Below, piece by piece: positions 12,072 to 26,304 of a stretch of 64,000 nucleotides of DNA. The position numbers and the translations under genes are program-made. This DNA comes from Basidiobolus meristosporus CBS 931.73 (lineage: Eukaryota; Fungi; Basidiobolomycota), in the NCBI GenBank assembly GCA_002104905.1, contig MCFE01000059.1:130856-194855 (forward strand), written 5' to 3'. Position 1 is the first letter of the stretch, and each line of letters begins with the position of its first letter. Under the pieces are notes generated by a model, which had not been told where the DNA came from, did no database searches, and saw only the letters and a program-made list of their open reading frames with translations.

Positions 12072-13484
12072 ATGAAACCCTCTTCCAGTCCGAGGCACAT
12101 TGATGAAAGCTTTGCTGGAAAAAACAAGATACTGCTACGAGGCACAATTGTTACTGGTAGAGACTTTTGGGCTTTAGGGGTGACCCTACTCTTGATTCAT
12201 ACTCCAGTGATTCTGTTCAGTGTATTTGTGTAAGTGGCATCCCTTTTAATCGTTTTGACAAAGTTTGAGATGGTGCCTGGCTTGTCCCCTCTTTAACATC
12301 GCTTTACCTTCTATATTTCAGTTGTCCTTTTGTATATATTAATATCAGCCCAGCCGTCGTATTTGTTTTTGTATACCTTTACCTTCTATGCGTGTTCTCT
12401 TTGTTCAAAACATCTTGGACCGACCCAGGGGTAAGCCATAGCAATAGACGCGACAGTTCTTCAGCCAACAAGTCACTTCTGTCTAACCTTGTTCTTTTTA
12501 AAGATCATTCCTCGAAATTTGGACCCAATCCAGCCCATGGCCACTTTAGGGGAGCCCTCAAGCTCCTCAGATTTAGTAGACCCGTCGTATTACCCTGTAT
12601 CGACATATCCAGGAATGAAAGACGTCCTGATTAATGGAGTCTCACTGAAACTCAAGTATTGCGACACGTGTCAACTCTATCGACCTCCTAGATGTAGCCA
12701 CTGTCGACAGTGCGACAATTGCGTCGGTTAGTAAGCTGCTGAAATAGTCAGACACTCGTTTCGCTGAACTAAACAGTTTTCAGAAAATGAGGACCATCAC
12801 TGCATCTGGGTTAACAACTGCGTCGGTCGACGGAACTATCGTTACTTCTTCACCTTCATATTTTCAACGTCGTTGCTGAGCTTGTACGTGCTTGGCTTCA
12901 GCCTTGGCCAACTTATACTTTATTGGAAGATGAAGAGAGAGGAGAGTCCGACCGGGATGTACTCTTTCCAGAAAGCCCTGGGTGAAAAGCCTGTCGGATA
13001 TCCTTTTCTTGAAAGAGCTGCATTCCTCGAACCATGGTTTTCTCCATCGTCCTTGACTAACAAACTCTAGTGTTGACAATCTACACGTTTGTATTTGGCT
13101 TTGTGCTGACAGCACTGACAGTGTATCACCTGTATCTGATATCCAAGAATATGACTACACACGAACAGGTAGAGTTTCTCAGCTATGCCTAGCGTACACC
13201 TATCCTAAAGCAACTCCGTTGTAGATACGCTCCTCGGTTAATATTCGGCGTGCTCCACACCCATTCAACTTGGGGAATTTTGCAAAGAACCTCATGCAGT
13301 TTATAGCACGACCCAAGCCGCCAAGGTACTCCATAAATATCCGTTCACAGCACATCGGTTAACCAAGACCTTTCTATCCAGTTATATAGAATGGAGAAAG
13401 ATACATGAGCACTCCTCTCGAATGACCTCATTGCCTCGTTTCAAGCCTGCATTCCATCAAGAACAAGAACCAACCAACTTATAA
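12072..13484 (+). CDS. DHHC palmitoyltransferase (Erf2/ZDHHC9-like); multi-exon
   Basis: [44 protein letters not shown] after splicing. SWTDPG, TTHEQ (TTxE) and NPFNLG motifs present. Confidence 0.92.
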
Positions 13485-13637
13485 ACCATAATCGAGTGTG
13501 CCATATTTATTAATCTATCTATGATTTCTTTGGAATAAACGGACATTCATGTTGCCCAGATTATGTCTGTTGGTTGCACTCCGATGTTATTTCCTGATGG
13601 ATCGATATATGCTAGCCATGCTCCAGTAAGCGTATGT

Positions 13638-15420
13638 TTATTCGGCATTTTCTACTTCCTCGGGTTTTGCCTTTTTGGTTAAAGCATCCTCGCCTTCTAC
13701 CTGCTTCCTCTTGATGTTTGCGAATACGATTTCTGGGGTGAGACGGAAAGAGGCACAATACATATCCTTGTTGGGGGCCACCGATCGGACGTGATGAATG
13801 ATGGAGGTCTCGGCGTCCACTTTATATCCCATTATTTGGTGAATTCTCTGCGTTCAAATGTTAATAAGTGTGCTCATGGATAAGAATAACGTTCTCGTCA
13901 TCTAACCTCCAAAATATCGGTCTTAGGATCTTCGCTTCGGGAGAAGCAATGGCAATGGACCATAGGGAGTTGGATAGAACGCTCCGCAAGCAAAGACTCT
14001 TTGCCGTGGAAAAGCCCAACAAATGCATCCAGAAACTCGATTGCGGTAGCCGGAAGGTTCATGACGTAGTGATTGAAGAATCGGAATGAGGAGCCATCTT
14101 TACAACTCTGGTTCAAAGTCTCAGTAGAGTTGCGGATGAAATCCCGACCGTCCATATTGAATGGAACACAAGTTTTGATTTTGTTCAGCTTAATGTTCTC
14201 GCAAAGCCATTTGTATGACTCAGGATTCAAATCGTTGGCGTATACGGTGCACCCTTTCTTAGCGGCTGGCACGGCAAATGGACCAACACCGGCCATAACG
14301 TCGCCTAGAAAAGATGAGTTGCCTTAGTATGGATGTGATTTGAGACGAGATGGGCTTGGAGAACCCTACATATATTCTCCTCCTTCTTGAACATCTGAAC
14401 CAAGCGATCATGCTCTGTGTGAAGACGGGAGTTCCAATAAACCTTAGAGAAGTCGAACTTGAATTGACATCCGCTTTCGCGCTGAGATGACATTTGGTGA
14501 GTCTCGGATTGTGTGAATGCTATACATAAAGCTTGGCTACCATTTCGGCAATCATGTCGTTTTCGCCAGCAAGAACTTCCATCTTGAAGAAACGGAAGGT
14601 GGTATCAATAGAATCCAACTTGTTCACTACAGTTCGGATGTGCTTGGTTTTCTAGGGAGGGATTAGGATGCAACCAGATCATCGAATCTATAAATAGCGA
14701 CATACGTCCAAAATGACTTCGCCAATAATCTTTTTGTACGGCAAATACTCCTCACGCAAATTCATATGAGCTAAATCGCCTTGTTAGCTACCACAACCAA
14801 ACACCTTCACTAGCTTAGATCACTAACCAATATGGCCAATGGTTTCATAAGAGGACTGAACAGGAAGCTCCTCAGGAAGGATAGCTCTCAAGATTTCCTC
14901 TTTAGAACTGTTAGCTTGGTGTATGTAAGAGAGGACTGGCAGACCTATTTACCCGTGTTCCAGTAGTCATACTTGACCGTGATTTGGTGCTCAACCAAAT
15001 CCAACCCGTCAGCCTTGATCAAGCTTTTAACTTCCTCAGAAACGTTTTCAAGCTCTAAAATAGGCAACAAAACCCGGGATTAATTTCGAGACGCATGCAA
15101 AAACCTTCATTCCTATATGGTCACCTTTTGTCTGAGTATCCAGCTTCAACAACATTAATTTGGTGGTAGTAGAATCGTTATCCTCAACAATGTTGCGCAT
15201 CCGGGGTTGATTCAAAAGCTCTCTATGACGCGCACTTCAGTTATATTGTAGAGATAGAAAAACGAGGCAGGCGATGTTTTCATTTTTCTTACTTCGATAA
15301 AAGCTTCATGTACTTTCCAATGCTTTGGGTTGGAACTCTAATCGCGATCAACTTCAGGGTATTCTGGAAAACATCGCGGTTCAGCACGGTCATGGACCTT
15401 TGAAGTGGTGGGGCAATCAT
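13638..15420 (-). CDS. TRM5: tRNA (guanine37-N1)-methyltransferase; multi-exon
   Basis: FKFDFSKVYWNSRLHTEHDRLV, MAGVGPFAVPAAKKGCTVYANDLNPESY, HYVMNLPATAIEFLDAF, HHVRSVAPNKDMYCASF. ATG at 15420 has an in-frame stop upstream. Confidence 0.95.
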
Positions 15421-15854
15421 GTCTACACAGCGAAACCTCTAGAAAGGTAAACTGCAAACGAATGGATGCCATCACTCATATCTTCATCCGTCGATTTTTT
15501 TTGGACAAATATTCTTTTTGCGCTCTACTTGAATGATTTGCTTTTCCCAACCAATAACACTCGGGCAGATTATGGCGATACCTTGAGTGGACTGGTAAAA
15601 TTCGAGGTCCACGTGATATGCTGGCATACATGTAAATCAGACCAAGCCTAATTTATTTGCAACAAGTAAAATATACGATTCCCTGAGTATTGGAGGAATA
15701 TTTGTAGAGAATAGGTACAGTGAAAATAAGGATGTACTGGCTACCTTGACGAAATCATATATAACAACTGGAAATGAAATCACAAATATAGAATTCGTTG
15801 CAGAGCGATCGACTGTACCATCGTTATACCAGTTGAATACCAAGCATCATTCCA

Positions 15855-17336
15855 TCAGAAGCTATTGCTACGAGACCAGCGTATTGCTTTGTTTTTAAGC
15901 TTTTGATCGAATGACTTGGTAAACCTGGCCATTTGAGCTTTGCACTCAGACTTGAAATCCTTGTCATCCATCTCAATGTAGCTCTGGGGTACGCAATGAG
16001 CCTTACGAACGCTCTGGGCAAAGAAACTCCTGTATCCTCCGTCAAGCACATAGAGCTCTGGATAACTCAAATGAGGATAGTTGACAGCATTCAATTCTCG
16101 ATCAAGGCTACGTAGATGATGAGCCCTAGAAATCATTCATAAGCGAGAGTTTCCAAGTTGAATTGATGAGGTCTTACATTCTTGGGGCTCGATGCGACGA
16201 ATATTCACAATGAAATACAACTATCGTACGAGAATTCAATGTGGCTCGAGAATTTCCGAAGAAATGGCTCTCAAGCGACTCTTTGGTATTGAGATTGACA
16301 GCGTTCTGGATATGCCCTCCCTCATATTCGTACGGGAATCTACAGTCCACGACAATAAGCTTGTCGTAAGATCCTTCGTACTTCCCACTCAACACATCAC
16401 AAAGCTGGGGAAAAGATGTTATTTGGTGCGCTGCAAGGTGAATGTAGTCAAGTACCTACAGTATTGGGAGAAATTCTTCGAAGAGCGTCTTTCTTGGTGG
16501 TAAAGCAAGGAAGTATGTATGACTCTCCATGGTTGTCGTCCATTTGACTTTTTGGTGAGTCCCCATATATAAACTCCTCTTGAATTTCACACATACTATG
16601 CATCTTTCGTAGTTTCGGTGGGGGTGGAGCTGCCTTACGACACAACGCCAATCTGCTTGGCTGGCGAATAGGAGATAAAATGTCTTCATCAACCATAGCA
16701 AATGATATAGATTTCCTCAACTTGAAATCAAGAGGCATTCCAGATACCATCTGCGGACATCTGTATTGTTCGCGTTAGAAACATGGCCACAACCATACAC
16801 ACCATCGTGCTTACTTGTCCAATGGGCTCTCTAAGAAGTTGAGCATTTTGGGAGGGGGTGATACCATGAGAGAGCTTTTGTGCTGAATACCAGATGGTGA
16901 CTTGGTCTTGAATACATCATCATCCTCCAAAGCCACGTTGCATTCCATAGCTACTGGAGTATCACTTGACCTGAGTGAATCCAACAGACAACGTCTTGGT
17001 GTCTTCGAAATTGGACTACGCGCGAGAGATGGTTTTAGAATTCGAGAGAACTAATCGAGCAACAAGATAGGAAAAGTCCTAGATATACACCTTGGTTGGA
17101 TGATAAGGTTCTGGTTCAAGTCAACCGCTAAAGAAGCCGGTGAAGGTACAGTAAAACTTCTCATAAATGAGGTACGGCGACAGGCCGAATCCGGGGATAA
17201 AAAACGTTTGCGTGGCAAATTGCATGGGGAGATGATATGACCAGCAGAACTCGTAATACTGACAGCTATGGCAGGGAAGGGCTTTAGTCAACACTGTGCA
17301 GCGAATTACTCATCCGAAACATTGTATACCAGACAT
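15855..17336 (-). CDS. cdc25: Cdc25/Mih1 M-phase inducer phosphatase; multi-exon
   Basis: Rhodanese domain: IVVDCRFPYEYEGGHI, catalytic HCEYSSHR, YPELYVLDGGYRSFF. Ser/Pro-rich N-terminus. The start exon is less certain. Confidence 0.9.
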
Positions 17337-18834
17337 CTTAATACGGATTGACTTTAATACCGCTTGTTTTCACAGTAACGCTAGAGGGGGAAGAGAGAAC
17401 GAGTCGGAAAGTTAGTAGGATGTGCTGAACAATTAGAGTTGGGTCAACCTCCTACTATATATGCCTTGATTTTTTTACGACTCGGTAACAGTACCAAGAA
17501 TCGCGGGTCAGGTCAGATAGTTTGAATTGATCTCACTGTGTAATCGTAATCTGTGATATGAACTAATAATTGAGTACACTTGACGCGCATCTTCTTCGGA
17601 CCTACCCAGTTGATCCTTAATATGGCCATTTTGCTGGTGATTCGACGGGTCCACGCCAGAGAAAACCACACATCCTATTAGTGTATCTAATATTACACCA
17701 AACTTGGCTCAACCAGAACTTTACTGATTCACCTACCGAGTCTCTTCTATGAGCTAAAAGTTGCACCTCCCAGCGTGTGGTAATGACGACAACGAGGGAT
17801 CATCAAGCGCCCAGTGTCGTCTTGACTTTCGTTATTGCCTGTACGCGTTTTAATGGCACTCAAAATGTCTATGTAATTCAGAGCTTCCCATTGGCTTAGT
17901 TTGTTTATATTTTCGATGATACCAAAAGTGATTGGTTGGTCAGTCAGGAATAATTAATATTAACATTCTATAGGGCAGTATAATTAATTCAACCCCAATG
18001 AGCTTCAATAGAATGTTTACCAAACAGGAGCAGTCCACTTGGAGCCGTCAGTGGTATATTATATCGATCATTCTATTACTAACCTGTGAATAATTGCCTC
18101 ACTACTGAGATCAGATGGAGATACATTACGAAATTAGGTTTGACCAAGAAGCTTGCATTCCTGATGGCTTCAGGCGCAATGTCACTTTTTTGAGCCGCCA
18201 AGTGCTGATAATATCACCATGTTTGCTTGTCTTGCGGTGGCGACGCTTTGACAACAAGAGCACGGTGAAATGGCTGCAGTTTGACTATAGTCACTGTCTT
18301 CAGTGCAGTCGATCTACAAAGATTAACTAATTTTCTCAGATGAGTGTGATCTAAAACAAGTGCGGATTATTGTTTCGAGCATCGAGCAGTGCTATCATTT
18401 GCTACTCCCACCAAATAAGGGAAAAATTAATCACAGTGAATCGACGGAGGGTGATCGACTCTTTTTTGTCTGTCCTATCTCTATACGATCACCATTGTGA
18501 AGTAGGGCCAGGATTCCTTATTTTCGGTACGCGAAGGGTGGTCTTCCTTTTGAGTGCGTGGCCATGTCATAATCATTCTACATATCGTATATGTCGCCGT
18601 GGTTCAATTGTTCAGCATCCGTCTAAAGGTCTCGGACGTCGAACTCACTTCAGCCTCACAAATCTCGATCGTCACCTCCAGAGTCAATCCGTCATCGAAA
18701 GGATCAATCACTCTTTCAAGATTGGCCAATGGCCAGGGGGGAGAAGAATGTTCCGCAGTTTTCATCATTATTGGTTCATTGCTTGTATATAACCAAGCAC
18801 AACGGCAGCTACTCTTTCAATCCTCATCTGTAGC

Positions 18835-19515
18835 ATGGCCAAACGTGCAAATTCGGAGACTACATTATCACCACGATCCCAAAGAGCGAAAGTCTCAGAT
18901 GAGAAAGCAGTAGAGCCTAAAGCTGTGATTGAGGAAGATGGAGTTGTCGAATACTACCCTCAATTGCTCGCCAAAGAGTTAAGCCGTAAGTTGTACTCGG
19001 ACCTTGTTGGCCTAGAGTACTGGAATCGCCCCGAACTTAAGGTCTATGGGCGAGTGAAGCCTCAATCCAGGCTGACTTGTGCCTTCGGCGATGATCCCAA
19101 TGTGGTGTACAATTATTCAGGTACAACTGCCCTGGTGGCTTCGGAATATCCAGCTGGTGTGATCGAAATCAAGACAAGGGTGGAGAAGTTGGTTGGGGTT
19201 CAATTCAATTTCTGTCTATTGAATTACTACAGTGATGGGAATGAGTACATTGGCGCCCACTCGGACAATCAGGCTGGCCTTGTGCCTGGTGCCCCAATTG
19301 CCGCAGTTAGCTTGGGGACAGAGAGATTTCTGGACTTCAAGCATAAGAAAAAGAACCTCAAGGTGAGAGTGACAATGGAAGACGGATCACTACTTGTAAT
19401 GGGTGGGGACACTCAGACCTTTTGGAAACATATGATTCCTAAGCAGAAGAAAGTCAACAGCGGAAGAATCAGTCTAACATTTCGTGTGGTGAAGCCCACA
19501 AATCGCCAAGAATGA
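18835..19515 (+). CDS. AlkB-family 2OG-Fe(II) dioxygenase (ALKBH2/3-like)
   Basis: FNFCLLNYYSDGNEYIGAHSD (HxD), WKHMIPK (distal His), RISLTFR. Intronless. Confidence 0.92.
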   Translation: MAKRANSETTLSPRSQRAKVSDEKAVEPKAVIEEDGVVEYYPQLLAKELSRKLYSDLVGLEYWNRPELKVYGRVKPQSRLTCAFGDDPNVVYNYSGTTALVASEYPAGVIEIKTRVEKLVGVQFNFCLLNYYSDGNEYIGAHSDNQAGLVPGAPIAAVSLGTERFLDFKHKKKNLKVRVTMEDGSLLVMGGDTQTFWKHMIPKQKKVNSGRISLTFRVVKPTNRQE

Positions 19516-20482
19516 GGTATACATGCTGGGGAGCAGTGCGATGCTGTAAATAATAAAATGGTTGCAACACCTGGATAGTCCGATGCATAATTCGTATGAC
19601 TGTATTCTATATCCGCAGTATTGGTTACTGCTAATACAATACTAGCTCTTTTTCGGTTTATAATCAGGGCTATGTGAATTGGCAGTCATATACCATATGC
19701 AGCTTAGCCAACCATTGGATCTGGTTTCTTGAGCACGGAATCCAGCCGATATTGCAACATACTTCGTAATTTGACCATGATATCATTTGAGCCTTCAACA
19801 TGCAGAGTTCCTGCTGACGAGTAGCTCACTTTCCATATTATGTAATAGCCTGAGGCGCAGCACAAGAGATCAGCGAAGTGCTTATTAAAACATGCTTACA
19901 GATGTCAGATGCCCACGGTTGCCACTTTTTTGTCTTCACGGCATTTGTGGTCAAGTGCCAGTAGACATGGGAAATTTGTTTGTGCTGTCTGGACGTGCAT
20001 ATGCGAATTAGACGGCTCTATTCAATATATCTCTGCTCGACAAAGTAAGCCTGATTAAACCAGATGGATCCGGTTCGTCAACACATGTGATTTCTTTACG
20101 AGCACTGAGAGGAATCTAGATCCAACCTTCTTGCAGATGCCTTGAGAAAGGCCATCGAATAACCTTATTTTAGCATCTAGTCTAGAATATTGCTTGCCTT
20201 CTATCCGGAGTGAGGCCTCAACAACTCGTAAGTGTGCGTTCCACTTTGTGCTACCTCTTCCAATGAACAACAAATCACGACGACGCCAATATGGCTATTT
20301 TTTAATTCGTTTCAAAGCACGCTGACAACAGATGCCAAGCATGTTTAGCAAAGAGTTCAGGGCCTAATCATAATAGTACAAGGATGTTTACTTGGAAACG
20401 AGGCTAATCCAATTTGATGCTTGAGGTGCTCTTGACTGATGATTTGCAGTAATTAGTATTAAATATCATGGCAAAAAGAGGG

Positions 20483-22054
20483 CTATTCTTCGTCGCTGTC
20501 AAGGCCTAAGTCTGGCTCACGAAGGTCCTTTGAATACATTTTTCTATTCGCCATCTCAAGAATGGCCACTGCGTCAGCATTTGTATCCATGGCGGATCTC
20601 TTTGGGGGCAATAGATTAGGATCCCTCTCGATTTCTCTTACACAGAATACTAGATAGGCAATGGGTTAGTCACTTGATACTTCGTGTATTCCATGTATAG
20701 AATAGGGACCTTCAACTTCGTCTATGTCAAAATACTCCGAGTGCGATAGTTGAGGGCTGTTGTAGGTGGAGCAGAATGGGCCGGCTCTAGAGTGGCCCGT
20801 CTCGAAATCTGAGTTGATCCATAATCCGAAATATTCATATTGGCCGCCCATGCCAAACCCTAATAACTGCGATTAGTACAGACCTCTTGACTGGGATCAG
20901 TGTCCAACTTACCATTTGGCAATGTCTTGGTTCCAACGTTGAAGTATTGGAAGTTCTCATTGTATCTGCTTGTGGAGTAAACTCTTAAGTTTGGGTTGAT
21001 AGTAAACAAGAAATTGTCAGAGCATCCATAGAATCTTGGTTTGACCTCCAAAGGCTCGTACACAAAGCCTCCGAATATGTTATTGCCTGCGCCCTTCTCC
21101 TTGATGATGATGAGTAACGATCCCATGCCCTCGATTCTGCTTTGGAAGGTGCTCCAGCTTTTCCCATCCGTTTTGCTCGAGAACAATAGATCCCAGCGCT
21201 GTCGACAATCTATAGGAATGTTCTGGTTTAAAAACCACATATCACCTGGTTTCAAGAGGTGGCTTTTGGATGAGAGTTCAGGAATTACAAGGTTTTTGCC
21301 TCTAGTCTGTGCAATCAGGTCAGGAGAGCTACTAATGGATGAGTCGTGGATAAATATGGTTGATAGTGCTAAGTCCAGGAGCATCTGGAAAATGCCATTC
21401 TTCTTGAACCAAGAGCACAAAGATTCATATCCCAGAGAGCTGTCGGAGGATGTTAGCCAAGCAGTTTGCTCGGCGCTGTCCTCAGGTTCCCCGGTTTTAA
21501 GAAACGGGTACAGCAAAATATAATTGATAAAATGCTCAGGGGCCAGGCTGTCGGGGTTAGAGGCAAGAGATTTCTTTTGACTCCAGAAGTGTAAGGCTGT
21601 AACAGCAATTGACTGCACGAACGATCTGAGAGAAAGCTGCGAGCTGGATAGAATACTCTGTATGGCCTTGCATTTGTCATCAGTTGGCGAACGCAAAAGT
21701 TGATGAACGCCATTGATTAAACTAAATTGCGTGATAGTCCCCTTTTCTTTTTCCTTCAAATGAGAGTCGGTTTTGAAATACTCCGATAAGTATTCTTTAA
21801 GGGGGCTAGGGAGCAGTATGTTGGCATTCTAGTATGTTGGGTAAGATGGTAAATATGACTCCCAGCTCGTTTTTAGACTTTTCTCTACTCGAAAAGGCTG
21901 AGGATTTTGTACTTACGTGATTATCTTGTAGGGATTGTCCTTGAGGGTCAACAATCTTCTCATAAATTGAGCTGAGTCGTTCACGCTCAGCAGCAGAAAA
22001 CCCGGAGAGTTTCTCATGAAGCAATGCACTTTTCTTGCTGTTTTGGTTTCCCAT
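20483..22054 (-). CDS. TLDc-domain protein (MEAK7/Rtc5-like) with N-myristoylation motif
   Basis: Starts MGNQNSKK. TLDc motifs WDLLFSSKTDGKSW, NIFGGF, GMGGQYEYFGLWI, YNSPQLS. Spliced last exon ends ...AVAILEMANRKMYSKDLREPD... Confidence 0.88.
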
Positions 22055-24218
22055 AATTGAGAGCAATTCAAGGCAGTAAGAGTTACTAGGCAATGAGCGA
22101 CAACTATATTATATTTCTAGAGTGGCAGTCAATGAGCCTTCGGTTTATATTTTACCTAAAATGACTCAATTGCATCCAATTTTAATTTGTTGATGTCAAA
22201 CCAAGATTTGAGATTCAGAAACCACATGAATGATGATGATGATGATACTGGTGATGAGGTGATGAGTGGTTGGTTTCTTGGGACCTTTGTGGCGAAATCG
22301 GCATATGGATAACCGTTATACCATTATACCATGAGAGCCATGACTTGTACTCTAACGCTGCCGATTTTTTTGGAGCTGCTGTTCTTATCTTTCCATCTTA
22401 TCCTCGAAAGTTGTCTTGTACGCCTTTTACTAGTATAGTCAGCATACATGCATCTAGCCGCAGATGCTGCCTTCAAGGCCGGCAGAGAATTTTCCATATT
22501 TTTAGGGAGATAATATATGGCAATATTGATATTCATGTTGAGCGAGAAAATGAAAGGAACTTCGATTTCAGCCATGAAGGATAAATTGAGAGCCCATGAA
22601 TTATGCAGAATCAGCATGCGCAACTTTATCGTCCATTCATTGATATTTATTCAGCTATATTTTTTGTTGGGCGTGCTTCAGATTCAGGGGAGTTTTATTA
22701 CATTTATCCGTCATGCATGCGTGAAGAGTCGCTGACCAGACCATCCAAGAAACTTGAGAGTTGTTGAATCGTGCACCTATACACTTCAAATGGGATATCG
22801 CTGGAGTTGCACGTCTTAGCGATTTACCACAGATCGACTTGTTGCTGTGGTCGCTCGTCGAGTTGAGGTTGCCTACGTGCTTGATTAGCATTGAGGCTAT
22901 ACATCAAGGCTATTTACCCATCTCCTCACGCTGCAGCTGCTCCCCAGTGTCCTCCACATCTCAGGGTGTAAACATTCATGCGATGTAAGCAACAAGCAGT
23001 CTCCAAGTGCTGATAATCGACTTCTGTTGCATTGTGCGAGTGTAGTGGTCTTTCCTGATTTATGATGGAGTAGATGGCTCAGAAATATATACCATGTTGG
23101 CCTGCGCCGATATTATTAATTGCACGTAGACCGCATATGAGGTCCCAGAAATCACCATCAGAAGATCAAGTTATTGGGCATGCAATCCACTTGTTGCATG
23201 ATTGATATTAAGATGGCAATAGTTAATACTCTGCTGGATGTTCCTTTTGGTAACTGTATCAGTACACCAACGCGGAATCACGCTAAAGTTTATTGCGATT
23301 TCCTTATAAGAGTATCAGTTTAATGAATCAACCCGCTAGCCGAGGAGGCACCGTGGAAACCCGGTACCATAGTACATAGTAAGAAATTTGTATCCGCATC
23401 CCCCTTATCCAGATATACATAGGGATAGTAGACATGAGCCCACCGCTTAAAATATTGCTCTGAGCTGACTAGCTTGATCATGCTTGGCGCTCCTTTTGTG
23501 CTAGTGTGGCGAGGCACTTCAGAAACCTCGGATCTGGACTTTTTCATCGCGTGTTTTCCAACTTGGATATTGTCTTACTAATTGCCCTCATCATGAGAAT
23601 ACGAACGATTTCTTTTATCATACAAGAGGGGGTTTATGACACCTCGATTGGTGGATGTTGGGTTACAACATTATTCTGGTTTGTCTTACGCTTCCTACCA
23701 AAATGGGTCCTTCAATGGCGAAGTGCCATTTTGGGATCCCTTGGTTTAGTCGAGCCACCCCACTTGGCCCATTTTTTCGAGCGAGTGAGTGCCCAAGCTC
23801 ATTGGAGTTCGTGCACTTCTATGCTTTTGGTTCAGATCACGATGTGTCTTGTGCCACTCCGAACATTCAATCGGAAATGATATGCTGCAAAGGCACCGGC
23901 CGAGCTAATCCTATACTTGTGAATGTGCCAGTTATTATGTTGACCCTCCTAGGTGGTACAGTTCATTTTTCGAAGAAGCATTGGATCGGCGAGTTTGTTT
24001 GATATGTCATTTATTTCTTTTTCAAATCCAACCACACTGTCCCAATTTGGGCTGATCCATCAAGTGGGACAGCTCTGGTGGGAATTTTTCATGAACCACT
24101 CTGATTGGTGGCTTTAGGGAGGACCGGGCGAGCTGTGACCTGGGCCGAATGCAAGTATAAAGGTCACCCGCTTGACAATCACGAGCAGTCATTTTCAGTA
24201 CTTATGTTTCGCTAGATA

Positions 24219-25490
24219 ATGGAGGCTATTTGGATAACCTTGATAGCTTTCTGCGTGTGGTTTCTAATCACTATAGTCTCTCTCTACTTCTTCATTCAGT
24301 ATCGCCATGAGCCGACAATCCAGCATCGCTCCGTCAGCCTGACATGCGTGTTTGCATTGTTCAACACGATACTAATCGGCTATCTTCTGTACAAACTTGC
24401 CAAACCCATCACATCGTGCGTGGCTCGGCTGTGGGTCCCCTCTGTCGTCTTTCCGGCTCTTGGTCTCACCGTACTAGCTAAACTGATTCGCCTGACGTTT
24501 CTCGGCAAATATCACAAATCGATATACTTGGAAGCAAAGCTGGGTTCTGTAATGAAGGAGGACGAAATTGGCTATGAAATGGAGCTTTCGGAGGAATCCT
24601 TTGTCAGCACAAAGAATTACGGAAACCTCAGGGAAGCTTGGTACTATAAATATCGCCACCTGTTCACCACATCGTACATTCTCCGCACACTGGCAGCTTT
24701 CATGCTTATGCATATCGGCGTAACGGCCATTGTGAATGCGATCTCTCCCATGACATCGGTACCAGGCCAAGAATGCCCACTTAGTTGGGAGTTCTATCCT
24801 TTTATCGGCTTCTTGGTCGTGTACATGTTTCTGGGGGTTCCGGTGCTGCTTTACTGGTTCTGGAGAATCGAAGACGTGTATGGAATTCGGAAAGAGCTAA
24901 TATCGGTGGCTATCATTGCCATGGTGGGCTTCTTGCTCTATCTAATATTTTTATTCCTTCCGTCCTTGCGTACCCTTGAGAAATCTTTTGCTGCCTACGT
25001 ATGGGGAGTGATTGTACTAATTTTAACTCACACTCTTTTCGTCGTTTACCCCATCTACGAACTAAGAAAATCTCGACTGGTTCGAGCGAACTCTAACAAT
25101 ACCCATGTCTTTGATCAGATCTTGACCGACCCTACTCTCTTCGAGGATTTCAAAGCTTACACCATCAAGGATTTCAGCGTAGAAAACCCGCTATTCTATG
25201 AGCGCTGTAGGAAGCTGCGGGATACACAATCTCGGCTTCGCATCCCCGGAAAAGAATCCATCAACGCCAAGACCCGTAACGAGCTCCTCTCGATGTATGA
25301 GACTTTCATAAACCCAAAATCCGAATTTCAGGTGAACCTTTCCTCTGCAACTATCCTGGAGCTAACAAGACAGTTCGAGTCGGGTGAATTATCACTGAAT
25401 ATGTTTTCGCGAGCGGAGCGTGAAATTCATCTACTAATGTATCAAAACACATTCCCTCGGTACATCAGGTACACCAACATGAAGATTTAG
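24219..25490 (+). CDS. Seven-transmembrane protein fused to a C-terminal RGS domain
   Basis: Seven hydrophobic segments by eye, then RGS-like LFEDFKAYTIKDFSVENPLFYERC...YETFINPKSEFQVNLS...FSRAEREIHLLMYQNTFPRY. Intronless. Confidence 0.85.
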   Translation: MEAIWITLIAFCVWFLITIVSLYFFIQYRHEPTIQHRSVSLTCVFALFNTILIGYLLYKLAKPITSCVARLWVPSVVFPALGLTVLAKLIRLTFLGKYHKSIYLEAKLGSVMKEDEIGYEMELSEESFVSTKNYGNLREAWYYKYRHLFTTSYILRTLAAFMLMHIGVTAIVNAISPMTSVPGQECPLSWEFYPFIGFLVVYMFLGVPVLLYWFWRIEDVYGIRKELISVAIIAMVGFLLYLIFLFLPSLRTLEKSFAAYVWGVIVLILTHTLFVVYPIYELRKSRLVRANSNNTHVFDQILTDPTLFEDFKAYTIKDFSVENPLFYERCRKLRDTQSRLRIPGKESINAKTRNELLSMYETFINPKSEFQVNLSSATILELTRQFESGELSLNMFSRAEREIHLLMYQNTFPRYIRYTNMKI

Positions 25491-26304
25491 TGCCGCTGAA
25501 AGCATACCGTGTATTGTAACTTAAGATGGTCTTATGAGGTAGTAATATTCAGCCCTACTCCCCTCATCGCTGTATCTTGCAACCCATTTGGCATCAACCT
25601 TTCGTCATCCGTTTGTATAAATGTAAAGCATAGCTGGAATTATGATTGGCCTACCCACCTCCTTCTCGTATCAGACAATAGTTAAGAAGTATTCGTCCCA
25701 CTCCCCTATCTCAGGCATGAGTGATAATAGATTGAAAATACATTCCAAACTCGTGGAAAGGCGAAATACCCTGAATACGATTATATTTTTATCACGGAGA
25801 GCACAAGTCTCCGTGTCCTGATTGTAGTGACCTTCATTATGGTAGTTTCATCGTTCACAGGGTTTGTGTGAAGAGGAACAGGTAAATTCTCGTCTGCGGT
25901 CACCTGTTTCGAAAGGATTACTTGTCATCCAACACATCCTGGCCCGATTTGTAAGCATAGCTGAAAACCAGAGCTGTTCATCAAAGCTACCATTTTGACT
26001 ACCAAAACAACCCATCTTGACATCCACTATACACCACTCTTTGGCGCCATAAGTAAATACATATATATGGTAGTACTCAAGCTGCTGCGAGCTGTAGCTC
26101 TCCTTGGACCGAACCATTTCAAATATTGCGTGACCCCATATGGGTTAGTCAAGCATCAAAATTGATTAAACCAGATTGACTGATTTATACCCACTTGGAC
26201 TTACCATCGTTAAAGAACAATTCATAGATCACTCAATAAATATTACATTAATCAGCAATTCGAAGTTTTCTAACCCGTCCTTGAACACACCCACTCACTA
26301 CCCA

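Noticed and set aside
22229-24002. (GAT)n microsatellite and several overlapping hydrophobic ORFs upstream of the 7TM-RGS gene
   Set aside because: Could be a decayed membrane-protein gene, but there is no alignable similarity by eye.
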